DNA from: an uncultured bacterium
GTDB taxonomy: Bacteria > Patescibacteriota > Minisyncoccia > Moranbacterales > GWC2-37-73
NCBI GenBank assembly: GCA_903851135.1
Contig: CAINNK010000021.1
Coordinates: 441 to 64,440 of the forward strand
Reading direction: 5' to 3'
DNA: 64,000 nucleotides
The notes beneath the pieces are model-generated. The model saw nothing but the letters and a program-made list of their open reading frames with translations. It had not been told where the DNA came from and did no database searches. Positions 18,149 to 27,228 of this stretch are shown piece by piece. Made by a program: the position numbers and the translations under genes. How positions within the stretch are numbered: the first letter of the stretch is position 1; every line of letters begins with the position of its first letter.

Positions 18149-19297
18149 TCAACCTTTTTGGAGCGTAATTTCAACTATTTCGGAGTGCTTCTCTGTTCTC
18201 ATTGGCGTTCCCCAAGTTCCAAGGCCGCTTGAAGTATAGATAGAAAAGTTACCTTTTCTTTTCAAGCCATAATCATAGCCCCTAAACATAAAATGAGTGC
18301 AAATTCCAAAGGGAAAAAGCTGTCCCTTGTGGGTATGCCCTGAAAGCATCAAAGAAATGCCGAGTTTTCTAATTTTTCCGATTTGAGTTGGCATATGCCA
18401 AAGCAAAATGCTTGGTTTCGTGTTAGTAAAAGTTCCAATATGCTTAATGGTTTTGACGACACTGCGCTTTTCCATTTTGTCTGGATACTCAACACCGATA
18501 AACTGAAGTCCATCCACTGTTTTGATTTCATTTCGTAAGCAAGTTATTTTTGTTTTTCCCAAAACTTCAAAAGTTTTGTCAATTCCGAGATAAGTTTCAT
18601 GATTACCGGAAGCATAAAAAATTCCCTTAGGCGCCTTGAGCAAATTCAGCGGCTCAATAAAAACATCAATGTGACCATCAGTGCCATCAAAAAGATCCCC
18701 AGTTATCACAATAGCATCGGGATTGAGAGAATTTATTTTCTTGGCCACTTCCATCATATATTCATAATGATAAATATGACCCAAATGAATATCAGAAATT
18801 TGCACAATTTTTTTGCCTATCCAAACCTTAGGCAGATTATTAATAGAAACATTGATTCTTTTGACAATCGGAGTGAAGGCATTAACAATTCCATATAAGG
18901 TATATATAGCCGCTCCAAGAATGGCGAAACTTCCAATCATTCTCTCGCTAGGATCGATGCTCAGCAATTTACTTATCAAAACAACTATCCAGCCGAAAGC
19001 AAAAAAGAGCAGCAAGTTTATCATAAAGCCAACCCACACGCCTGAGAGGAAATAGTATTTACGATTGAAATGATTATCCCAACGATGAGCAAGTAGCGCA
19101 GAGATCATAATACTAAAACCCAAAAAGGATCCCAGTAAAAACAATAGCCAGATTAAAATATTTTTTTCATAGGGCTGGGAAAAAGGAAAAAAATGCGCCA
19201 CAGAATAATAAACTGCCACATGAGCAGCTATGTATGACGGAAGAACTAGAAAGAAGATCGCACTTGATTTTAAAATTTTTCTTATTTTATTCAGCAT
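18149..19297 (-). CDS. Membrane-bound metallophosphoesterase (YkuE/YaeI-like)
   Basis: SDIHLG, TGDLFD, GNHE, SGHTHKGQ. Start ATG 19297. Confidence 0.9.
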   Translation of the reverse strand: MLNKIRKILKSSAIFFLVLPSYIAAHVAVYYSVAHFFPFSQPYEKNILIWLLFLLGSFLGFSIMISALLAHRWDNHFNRKYYFLSGVWVGFMINLLLFFAFGWIVVLISKLLSIDPSERMIGSFAILGAAIYTLYGIVNAFTPIVKRINVSINNLPKVWIGKKIVQISDIHLGHIYHYEYMMEVAKKINSLNPDAIVITGDLFDGTDGHIDVFIEPLNLLKAPKGIFYASGNHETYLGIDKTFEVLGKTKITCLRNEIKTVDGLQFIGVEYPDKMEKRSVVKTIKHIGTFTNTKPSILLWHMPTQIGKIRKLGISLMLSGHTHKGQLFPFGICTHFMFRGYDYGLKRKGNFSIYTSSGLGTWGTPMRTEKHSEIVEITLQKG

Positions 19298-19486
19298 TTT
19301 GTTATTATCTAGTGAAATGAGTATCTCGATTTTTATCAGGACCGATTTAGCAGCGACAACCAAGGAATGTCCTTTATTATAACAATTATTGCAAGCGCTG
19401 CCAAGCCTGATTTCAGAAATTAAGTTTTCCAGTAACAATCTGTTTCTTCAGCAAAAGCCCGTTTTCACCCAAAACGTGAGAAAAAA

Positions 19487-22400
19487 TTATAATTCTCTCT
19501 GATATTTTTCAACTAGCTTAGTCTTAGTTAACGGTCCAACCGAACCAGTCACGGGAAGCTTGTTTTGTGCTTGAAAATCTCCAATAGCTGCTGTGGTTGC
19601 TTGATTGTAAAAACCCGTGACATCTGCCAAAGTGAGCAATTCAAGTTTAACCAGCGCTTGTTGAATGTTGGTAATGCCAACTTTAGTAAAAGTGTTAAAG
19701 TCAGCTTCAGTAAACTTTGAAAAAATGGTTTCCAGATTAATCTTACTTTTAGCCTTGGTAGAACCAGCGCCCGGATTTGTCACGGTAATTTTTCGACTTA
19801 AGTCAGTTTGAATATTAAGCAATTTTGTTAGACAAAAAGTAGCGCTGATTTCTTTGCTGGATTTCTTATTAACTGAAGCAGCACTTTTGCCGCCAATTTT
19901 TACTTGCGTGTCATGCGTGAAATGTTTTCCTTGAATATCTAGTCTTAACTTAGTTGCACATTTAGCGCTGCTTGGAAACAAGTAGGCACTCCAAGAATCA
20001 ACCTTGGCTTGTTCAGGCGTCTGAATTGGGACGACTGCAACTGTTCCAATGGAAGGTTCTCCCCCAGCTGAATAGGTAGTGGCGTGATTGGTTTGGAAAA
20101 CGCACAGTCCAGCAGAAACGCTGCAAGATGGTCCCTTGGTCCAACTTGTTTCTCCGGCATTTTGATACCAAATATCAAGAGTCTGATTGTCGTAAGAGCT
20201 GTCTACTGGGATGGTGACGGTAATATCTTTAGAAAATGAAAGTTTCAGATTTGGAATACCAATACTAATAGCACCAGCAATGTTGCCAGGGTTGGAACTT
20301 TTCAGGGCATCCGTAATGTCTTGAGCGGTCATAGTTGAAAGATCAAAATTCCCACCATCAGTTTTGGTCATTTCAGTTCCAGCTGGGAAAACAATTTTCA
20401 CGTCGCCAGAGGTGATGGTGTACTGTGTGTTAAAAGTTACTTTAGCAGTGCTTGTTGGATTAGAACCATCAACAGAGAGAAAGCCGGACAAAATATCTTG
20501 TTGAAATTTCTCAGCAACTGGACCTGAATTTTTCGGTTCATTCCAGACTGATGAATTTAATCTGTTGAACAAATCAGTATCATCATATCTTGAATAAAAA
20601 AACATTCCATTGCCATCATTAACGCCAACAGCCGCATTACGAGAAAGCGCAGCTGACTGATCTCCATAGTCAAGTTGGAAGGTGCTATTGTCATTGAGTG
20701 TTATTTCGAAATTTACAGCCTGACCAGAATCCGGATAGGCATACTCATTAGCCTGCCAACGAAAAACGACTTTCCCATCACCAATATTTGTCACATAAAC
20801 ATCATTAGTAATAAGATCTGTACCCATAGCAGCTATAATCGGAGAACCATTGCCTTCAGAAATCTTAAAGAGACTAGTATTCATATCACCTTTTTCATTA
20901 AAACCGAGATACCCGTTGGAACTAACAAAAACTTTGGTGTATGTATTACCAAAAAAATTGAACGAGAATGGTAAATCATACGACCAGTGATTATCATCAG
21001 CATTCCAACCCATGGCAGCCCCTCCGCTACGAAAATCATTTGAACTGGCAATATATTCAACTGAACCAGGAAATGGAATAATTGAATCATCAAAAATACC
21101 ACCATGCAAAGTTTGAAAAGTAGTAGTGTCATTAAAACGAGAAAAATAACGATTGACTTTAGCCCCATCCGCAATAACTATCCAAGGACCGCCCTCTTTA
21201 AAATTCATTGTAATATTTATGTCTGCAAAAAATATTCGTTTTCGAAGACCGCCAACTGTTCCTTCATCCATCGACAGAGGGCCCACAAAAGTTGCGTTAC
21301 CAGTAACAATTTTCCAATTTGAGCTCTTGTCTTTAAAGGTCGCATTACCCGCAACCGTACCATCTCCACTATTCATACTGGAATCATTGAATATAGCATC
21401 CCCATTAACAGTGCCGTCGTTAGAGCTTTCGCCATTAAATTCAGAATTATTGCCAACAACACCTTTATTGCGACTATTTCCATTGAATATCCATTTGTCA
21501 ATAACCTGCTCGTCGTTTCCAATATTAGAGTCGGCCGTGCCGCTTCCCCACACTCCATTGCCTGAAATAGTTATTAGACCTCCAAGAGCAGTTGAAAATT
21601 TTGCCTTTCCTGTGACAGCACCGTCATTGTAAGCTGCGTCATTAAATACAGCGTCACCAGTAACAGTGCCATTATTATAACTAGTGTCATTAAAAACCGG
21701 AACATTATCAATAATGCTTTGATTTGCACTGTTGCCATTAAAAACCCAAGAAATAATTGGGTTATCATCAATACCAACATTAGAGTCAACCATACCACCA
21801 CCCCATGTTCCTCCATCTGGAACAGTCATAACTCCACCAGTAGCATTGGCAAAAATCGCTTTTCCCCAAATAGTGCCTATATTATAACTCGCCCCATTAA
21901 AAGTAGCATCGCTATGAATGTTGCCACTGTTATTGCTCATGCCGTTAAAAATAGGATGATTGTCAATATCGCCATAATTAACACTTTCACCGTTGAAAAC
22001 CCATGCAGTGATAGGATTATTATCCGCCCCGACAATTGAACCAGTCGTGCCATATCCCCATGCCCCGCCATCCGGAACTGTCATCACCCCACCAGTTGCA
22101 CTGGAAAATTTAGCAATACCGGAAACAGAACCACCAGCCATTCGACTACCAGCATTAAACACCACATCGCCAGTAATGTTAGCCCCGTTATAGGCTGTTC
22201 CATTAAAAACAGCGCCATTTGTAACCACAATTGAAAAATCACTGACATTAACATGGCCATTCACTGTCAGCGTTTTAACTGTAACGTCCGGTCCTGAATT
22301 AGAAAAAACATTCCCCGTAATGATAACGTCGTCGCTTGCAGTCGGGAGATTAGTTGCAGCTGCAGTGAAACCAGAATCAGTCCACCAATTTCCAAGAATA

Positions 22401-22573
22401 TTCCAATCAGTACCATATGAATCATCATAATAAAGTGTAGTCGCACTAGCTCTAGATGTCAGCGCAAAAGAAAAAATAACCGAAAAAATTACCAACAACA
22501 AAAACTTGTTCTTCAAAATCATACCCATGCCTTCTGATTTTCGTCGCAAAAAAACTATTTTGTTTTTTTTCAT
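19487..22573 (-). CDS. Large secreted surface protein: beta-helix-like repeats, nidogen-like region, C-terminal peptidoglycan-binding-like domain
   Basis: Signal peptide; FNxxSxNxG repeats; LPFSFNFFGNTYTKVFVSSNGYLGF; IQQAL...TTAAIGDFQ...VTGSVGPLT. Confidence 0.8.
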   Translation of the reverse strand: MKKNKIVFLRRKSEGMGMILKNKFLLLVIFSVIFSFALTSRASATTLYYDDSYGTDWNILGNWWTDSGFTAAATNLPTASDDVIITGNVFSNSGPDVTVKTLTVNGHVNVSDFSIVVTNGAVFNGTAYNGANITGDVVFNAGSRMAGGSVSGIAKFSSATGGVMTVPDGGAWGYGTTGSIVGADNNPITAWVFNGESVNYGDIDNHPIFNGMSNNSGNIHSDATFNGASYNIGTIWGKAIFANATGGVMTVPDGGTWGGGMVDSNVGIDDNPIISWVFNGNSANQSIIDNVPVFNDTSYNNGTVTGDAVFNDAAYNDGAVTGKAKFSTALGGLITISGNGVWGSGTADSNIGNDEQVIDKWIFNGNSRNKGVVGNNSEFNGESSNDGTVNGDAIFNDSSMNSGDGTVAGNATFKDKSSNWKIVTGNATFVGPLSMDEGTVGGLRKRIFFADINITMNFKEGGPWIVIADGAKVNRYFSRFNDTTTFQTLHGGIFDDSIIPFPGSVEYIASSNDFRSGGAAMGWNADDNHWSYDLPFSFNFFGNTYTKVFVSSNGYLGFNEKGDMNTSLFKISEGNGSPIIAAMGTDLITNDVYVTNIGDGKVVFRWQANEYAYPDSGQAVNFEITLNDNSTFQLDYGDQSAALSRNAAVGVNDGNGMFFYSRYDDTDLFNRLNSSVWNEPKNSGPVAEKFQQDILSGFLSVDGSNPTSTAKVTFNTQYTITSGDVKIVFPAGTEMTKTDGGNFDLSTMTAQDITDALKSSNPGNIAGAISIGIPNLKLSFSKDITVTIPVDSSYDNQTLDIWYQNAGETSWTKGPSCSVSAGLCVFQTNHATTYSAGGEPSIGTVAVVPIQTPEQAKVDSWSAYLFPSSAKCATKLRLDIQGKHFTHDTQVKIGGKSAASVNKKSSKEISATFCLTKLLNIQTDLSRKITVTNPGAGSTKAKSKINLETIFSKFTEADFNTFTKVGITNIQQALVKLELLTLADVTGFYNQATTAAIGDFQAQNKLPVTGSVGPLTKTKLVEKYQREL

Positions 22574-22754
22574 TTACCCTTTTAAAGCTCCAATTCTATT
22601 TTAGAAATAGCAGAAGCCCTATTGATATCAATTATTAATTCAAATTAATTCACTCATACAACAAAAATCATCCAGCGAAACAAATTTATTCGATACGCAC
22701 TTAAACTAATTTATGTTTTAAATTATAGCATAAATTTCAAGTTTTTAAAAAAAT

Positions 22755-22776
22755 AAAACACCATCGCTGGTGTTTT
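22755..22776 (-). terminator. Intrinsic terminator candidate
   Basis: AAAACACCA-tcgc-TGGTGTTTT with an adjacent A-run. Confidence 0.55.
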
Positions 22777-22820
22777 AAAATAATATAAAATCTCAAAAAT
22801 AGCCTTCTGTCAGAATAGAA

Positions 22821-23348
22821 CTATTTTTTGAAAGCAATTGTTGCAGGCTCAAGGCTGACCAATGGCAACTGACCACAAACTTCACCATAACCTTGCAATG
22901 TAATCGTAGCCGGCTTTTTGGCTGAAGCTGCCTTTACAGCTGCAGTTACTTTATCTGTTGGATCAATTAATTTCACGTTAAAGCTGTTTGTTTTTTCGTC
23001 AATTTGATAATTTATAGTTGGAAATTTCGAAGCATCACTTTTTTTAATCGCAATAACTATGCCGTCATTTTCTGCTGACACAAGCCAAGCGCTGAATTGA
23101 TCAACGCCTTCAAAATAATGAGCATCGCAAGAATTACTATTGCCAGTATTTTCAACTCCCGCTTTTTGCCTGGAATCTTTGAGTGCTTGAACTAGCGCTT
23201 CATCTTTTTGCGATACCTGAGCCTGCCTTAACTCATTATCCAATGCAGCCATTTCCTTAACATTTCTCAGCCAAAAAATTCCACCAATAACAATAGCCAA
23301 CAAAAGAATAAGCCCGATTGCAAACTCACTAGCGATTTTTTTGTTCAT
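22821..23348 (-). CDS. Hypothetical membrane-anchored protein
   Basis: N-terminal TM helix, 175 aa. Confidence 0.75.
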   Translation of the reverse strand: MNKKIASEFAIGLILLLAIVIGGIFWLRNVKEMAALDNELRQAQVSQKDEALVQALKDSRQKAGVENTGNSNSCDAHYFEGVDQFSAWLVSAENDGIVIAIKKSDASKFPTINYQIDEKTNSFNVKLIDPTDKVTAAVKAASAKKPATITLQGYGEVCGQLPLVSLEPATIAFKK

Positions 23349-23423
23349 ATTTTTTTTGATTTTTAATTCTTTATTTCATTATACCACAAAATTAAATTTT
23401 TCCAATAACTCAAATCAAAATAA

Positions 23424-24542
23424 TTATCCACAATGGCTGTTTCTCATTTTCAACAATTCGCTTTCAATAATATCTTTCATTTTTTCCTTAAAAATTTCCC
23501 GATTAAATTTTTGGACCTTGGCGGAAATATATTGGGAATCAAAAGTCAAGGTGTTAAATTTTCTGACGGCCTGGGCGATTGCTTGGCTGGTTTGCTCTTG
23601 AAAAAAAACGCCCATGGTTTGATCCTCCATATGTTCAGGAATGTCACCGCCCAGAAAAGCCACCAGTGGTTTGCCGCAAGAAAGGGCTTCCATCGCCACA
23701 ATTCCGAAATCTTCTTCTTGGGGGAAAATGACACCCTGACACTGACGATAATATTTTTTTAGCTCCTCATCATCAACTCGACCCAAAAATTCAATGCTTC
23801 GGCCAGCTATTTTTTTAAGTCTTTTCAACTCCGGACCGCGTCCAATGATTTTAAGGGTTATGCCTAATTCATTAAAAGCCTTAATTGTGATGTCATGACG
23901 TTTATAGGCAATGAGTCTGCCGACCATCAAAAAATATGGCTTACTGCGACTTTCTTTTTCGACCGGCGAAAACCTTTTTGTATCAACCGGCGGATGAACA
24001 ACGATGGAATCTTTGCGATAATATTTTTTGATTCGATTGGCTACAAAATTTGAATTGGCCACAAAAACATCCACCCTGTCAGCGCTCACCTTGTCCCAAA
24101 GCCGAATGTAATTCATCGCAAAAGGAATGATGCTTTTGATAAAACCTGGGAAATAAAAGTCTCGAGTGTATTTCTGGCAATCATCCCAAGCATACCGCAT
24201 CGGCGTGTGCATATAGCAAATATGCAGAGTTTCCGGACGCGTGATGATACCTTTGGCATAACTAGAAGAATCTGAAACAACCACATCATAGGCGGAAAAA
24301 TCAAATTGCTCAATGGCTGGTGGCATCAACAGTGGGAAAATCCGATGCCAATTTTTCGTAAAAGGCATTTTTTGCAAATAAGAAGTGTAAATTCTTTTAT
24401 CCTCAAAAGCCCCGTGCATCGCTTCTTTGTTATACACAATCGTATAAATAGGCGCATAGGGATACATTTCGCAAAAACATTCCAGCACTCTCTCAGCGCC
24501 ACCATGCTGCACCAAATAATCATGAACAAAAGCTATACGCAT
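23424..24542 (-). CDS. Glycosyltransferase family 4
   Basis: HDYLVQHGGAERVL, HTPMRYAWD, EEDFGIVAMEA. Confidence 0.93.
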   Translation of the reverse strand: MRIAFVHDYLVQHGGAERVLECFCEMYPYAPIYTIVYNKEAMHGAFEDKRIYTSYLQKMPFTKNWHRIFPLLMPPAIEQFDFSAYDVVVSDSSSYAKGIITRPETLHICYMHTPMRYAWDDCQKYTRDFYFPGFIKSIIPFAMNYIRLWDKVSADRVDVFVANSNFVANRIKKYYRKDSIVVHPPVDTKRFSPVEKESRSKPYFLMVGRLIAYKRHDITIKAFNELGITLKIIGRGPELKRLKKIAGRSIEFLGRVDDEELKKYYRQCQGVIFPQEEDFGIVAMEALSCGKPLVAFLGGDIPEHMEDQTMGVFFQEQTSQAIAQAVRKFNTLTFDSQYISAKVQKFNREIFKEKMKDIIESELLKMRNSHCG

Positions 24543-24623
24543 ATAAGTCTATAAAGTTGAAAGTTATAAAGTGTGCTTCATTATGAACGAAGTAACTTTT
24601 ACGGGGTTAAAAGTTTCAAAACG

Positions 24624-24734
24624 TCGCTCGCAGACATTTTTCTTTTTATCCCAGTGAAAGTGTTTTTTTGTTATTTGACTTTTTAACATCAAAGTAAACC
24701 ACTTTCAAGCGAAAAAAGAAAAAGTATGCTCGCT
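24624..24734. repeat. ~111-bp hairpin repeat (inverted copy at 31075-31187)
   Basis: Its reverse complement aligns end to end with 31075-31187. Confidence 0.85.
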
Positions 24735-24779
24735 CAACAAATACTAATACCAAATTAACTAAAACACTGTTAGTTTCAA

Positions 24780-24814
24780 GGAGGCTCGACCTCCATAATG
24801 GAGGTCGAGCCTCC
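24780..24814. repeat. REP-like palindromic doublet
   Basis: GGAGGCTCGACCTCCA-taa-TGGAGGTCGAGCCTCC. Confidence 0.8.
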
Positions 24815-24886
24815 AACGTCTATCTACTACTAATTAAGTTAATTCCGTATAACGTATGCGAGTGAAATCTTGCGAAAAAATAGTTA

Positions 24887-26620
24887 CTATGATCCTGACA
24901 ATCGCATATCAACCACGTTTAATTGAATTCGACTGTTGCCGTTCCAATCATCTCTTTGAAGATTGCATACGACATCGATTCGATCGCCTTCTTTAAATGC
25001 TGCAAATTTTTCGCCGCCGCCAAAGCTGATAGCTTCAAATACTTTCATTTTGTCCTTGCTACCAATAGGTTCAGCTTCAGCTGCTACCAGAAAAAATTTC
25101 ACATGTTTTTTTTCACTGCCCAGAAAACGTTTTTCACTAATGATAAGATTTTCCAACAACAAAATTGGTTCTTCATTGCCAATACCAAAAGGTCTGAGTT
25201 TTTCAATATCAGCAATCAGCTTGAAATCTATTTCAGCTGCAGCCACTTGTCCGTCAATAATAATTTCAACTTCTAACTGAATTCCTTCCAATTGCTTTTC
25301 AATGATTGCTTCCAAGGCTTTTTGAAAATTTTCCAGTTGGTCATTTCGCACTGACACCCCAGCTGCTTGACTGTGCCCACCAAACTTCACCAAAAACTGA
25401 CTACACTGTCCAATGGCTTCAATAATATTTATCTGCGGAATGCTGCGAAAAGAGCCTTTACTTTCTTGCTCGCCTTGCTGGAAAACAGCTGTTGGCTTGC
25501 CATATTGCTGGGCAATTTTTCCGGCCACCAAACCGACAATTCCGATTGAAAAATGTTCACCAATAGCAAAAATCAGTTTTTTGTCTTTGTATTGCGTTTC
25601 TGCCAAAGCTTTGATTTCACTAACGATCTCGCTGGTGATTTTTTGTCGCTGAGTATTGCTAGCTTCCAGCTCAAGCGCAAAATCACGCGCCCGAATAACA
25701 TCTTTTTCAATGATTAAATTGTAAGCCAAATTAGCGTGATTGATTCTACCGGCCGCATTGATTCTTGGCGCAACATAGAAAGAAACTTTTTTTGTGTCTG
25801 GAATTGCAGATTCATCAATCGCAATTCTGCCCACCGTGAACAACTCCAAAAGTCCGATGCGTCGAGTTTTAGAAAGTACTACCAAGCCATATTTCACAAA
25901 TAATCTATTTTCGCCAATCAGTGGAACACAATCAGCAATCGTTCCAATTGAGACCAAATCAAGCATCCATTTTGTCTGCCCGATTTTTTCCGGCATCAAT
26001 CTTGCATAAATTGCTTGCACAACTTTAAAGGCCACCCCCACACCAGCTAGTTCTGCAAATGGATAGCCGCAACCCTCTTGATGAGGATTAATGATTGCAA
26101 AAGCGTCAGGCACCTGCGCGGGAACATGATGGTGATCAGTGATAATAACGTCAATGCCAAACTCCTTGGCTTTTGCTGTTTCCGCAAGACTAGTAATGCC
26201 GCAATCAACCGTGATAATCAACTTAACTCCAGCCACTTTGAATAAGTCAATGGCCAACAAATTCAATCCATAACCCTCAGTTCTTTTGTCTGGAATATAC
26301 ACATCCGCCTCAATGCCCAGCTCGCTAAAAGTTTCTTTCAGGATTGCTGAAGATGTGATGCCATCTGCGTCATAATCACCAAAAATAATTACTTTTTCCC
26401 GAAGATCGCGCGCCTGCTTAATCCGCTCAACCAATTTTTCCATCTGACTAAAAAGAAACGGGTCATGAGTGTCCGTTTGATAATCAGGAGTAATAAATTT
26501 TTCCAATTCTATTTCACTCTTCAAGCCCCTGGCAAGTAAAATTTTTGCCACCAGCGGGTGAAGCTTCAAAGAAAAATCTACTGGAATTTCAACACTTTCT
26601 TTCTTCAGCCATTTTGCCAT
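24887..26620 (-). CDS. recJ: ssDNA-specific exonuclease RecJ
   Basis: GDYDADG, TVDCG, TDHH, PRINAAGR, GSFRS, FGGHSQAAG. Confidence 0.96.
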   Translation of the reverse strand: MAKWLKKESVEIPVDFSLKLHPLVAKILLARGLKSEIELEKFITPDYQTDTHDPFLFSQMEKLVERIKQARDLREKVIIFGDYDADGITSSAILKETFSELGIEADVYIPDKRTEGYGLNLLAIDLFKVAGVKLIITVDCGITSLAETAKAKEFGIDVIITDHHHVPAQVPDAFAIINPHQEGCGYPFAELAGVGVAFKVVQAIYARLMPEKIGQTKWMLDLVSIGTIADCVPLIGENRLFVKYGLVVLSKTRRIGLLELFTVGRIAIDESAIPDTKKVSFYVAPRINAAGRINHANLAYNLIIEKDVIRARDFALELEASNTQRQKITSEIVSEIKALAETQYKDKKLIFAIGEHFSIGIVGLVAGKIAQQYGKPTAVFQQGEQESKGSFRSIPQINIIEAIGQCSQFLVKFGGHSQAAGVSVRNDQLENFQKALEAIIEKQLEGIQLEVEIIIDGQVAAAEIDFKLIADIEKLRPFGIGNEEPILLLENLIISEKRFLGSEKKHVKFFLVAAEAEPIGSKDKMKVFEAISFGGGEKFAAFKEGDRIDVVCNLQRDDWNGNSRIQLNVVDMRLSGS

Positions 26621-26644
26621 AAGTTCATTAGCTAGTATTTAATT

Positions 26645-27223
26645 TTACTTCACTTTCAAACCACAACTCGGACAAAAAAATCTCGCTTCCAATACACCAT
26701 CTCTTTGCTTTTCAAATTTTAAACCAAGTGAAAGTTTTTCACCACAATTGGAACATTTGAAATCTTCACCAATGTTCAACTCTTTTGCTAAAGGTTGAGC
26801 ATCCAGAGCTGAGACATCAAATTCCAACCTATATTCTGCGTCAACCGCATCAAGAACAGCCTTAATGCGCTCAATAACTTCAACTGGACGCGTAACTCCT
26901 CTCACAATAAAATCTTTAACCCCCATATTCGCTGCCCTTTCATTATCATCTTCCCTTCCTGTATGAGAAGAAATCACAAAAGGAATGCTAGCTGTTGTTG
27001 GATTTTTTCGCAGCGCTTCTATCATGGAAAATCCATCCATGCCCGGCATCATGATTCCCGTAAAAACAACATCTGGCAATTCTCGAGTTGCCAAATCGAA
27101 ACCTTCCGCGCCACCACTGGCCTGGAGCACTTCAAAATTCTCATTCTGAAATATCTCAGCATACATTTCTCGCAATTCAATATCATCATCAATAATCAAG
27201 ATTTTTGACTTTTGGTCTGCCAC
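26645..27223 (-). CDS. Atypical response-regulator receiver with C-terminal zinc ribbon
   Basis: ILIIDDD...PDVVFTGIMMPGMDG; CSNC...CPSC. Confidence 0.85.
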   Translation of the reverse strand: MADQKSKILIIDDDIELREMYAEIFQNENFEVLQASGGAEGFDLATRELPDVVFTGIMMPGMDGFSMIEALRKNPTTASIPFVISSHTGREDDNERAANMGVKDFIVRGVTRPVEVIERIKAVLDAVDAEYRLEFDVSALDAQPLAKELNIGEDFKCSNCGEKLSLGLKFEKQRDGVLEARFFCPSCGLKVK

Positions 27224-27228
27224 AATTT

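Noticed and set aside
19487-22573. Diversity-generating retroelement target
   Set aside because: Repeat differences are not adenine-specific, and no reverse transcriptase is present.
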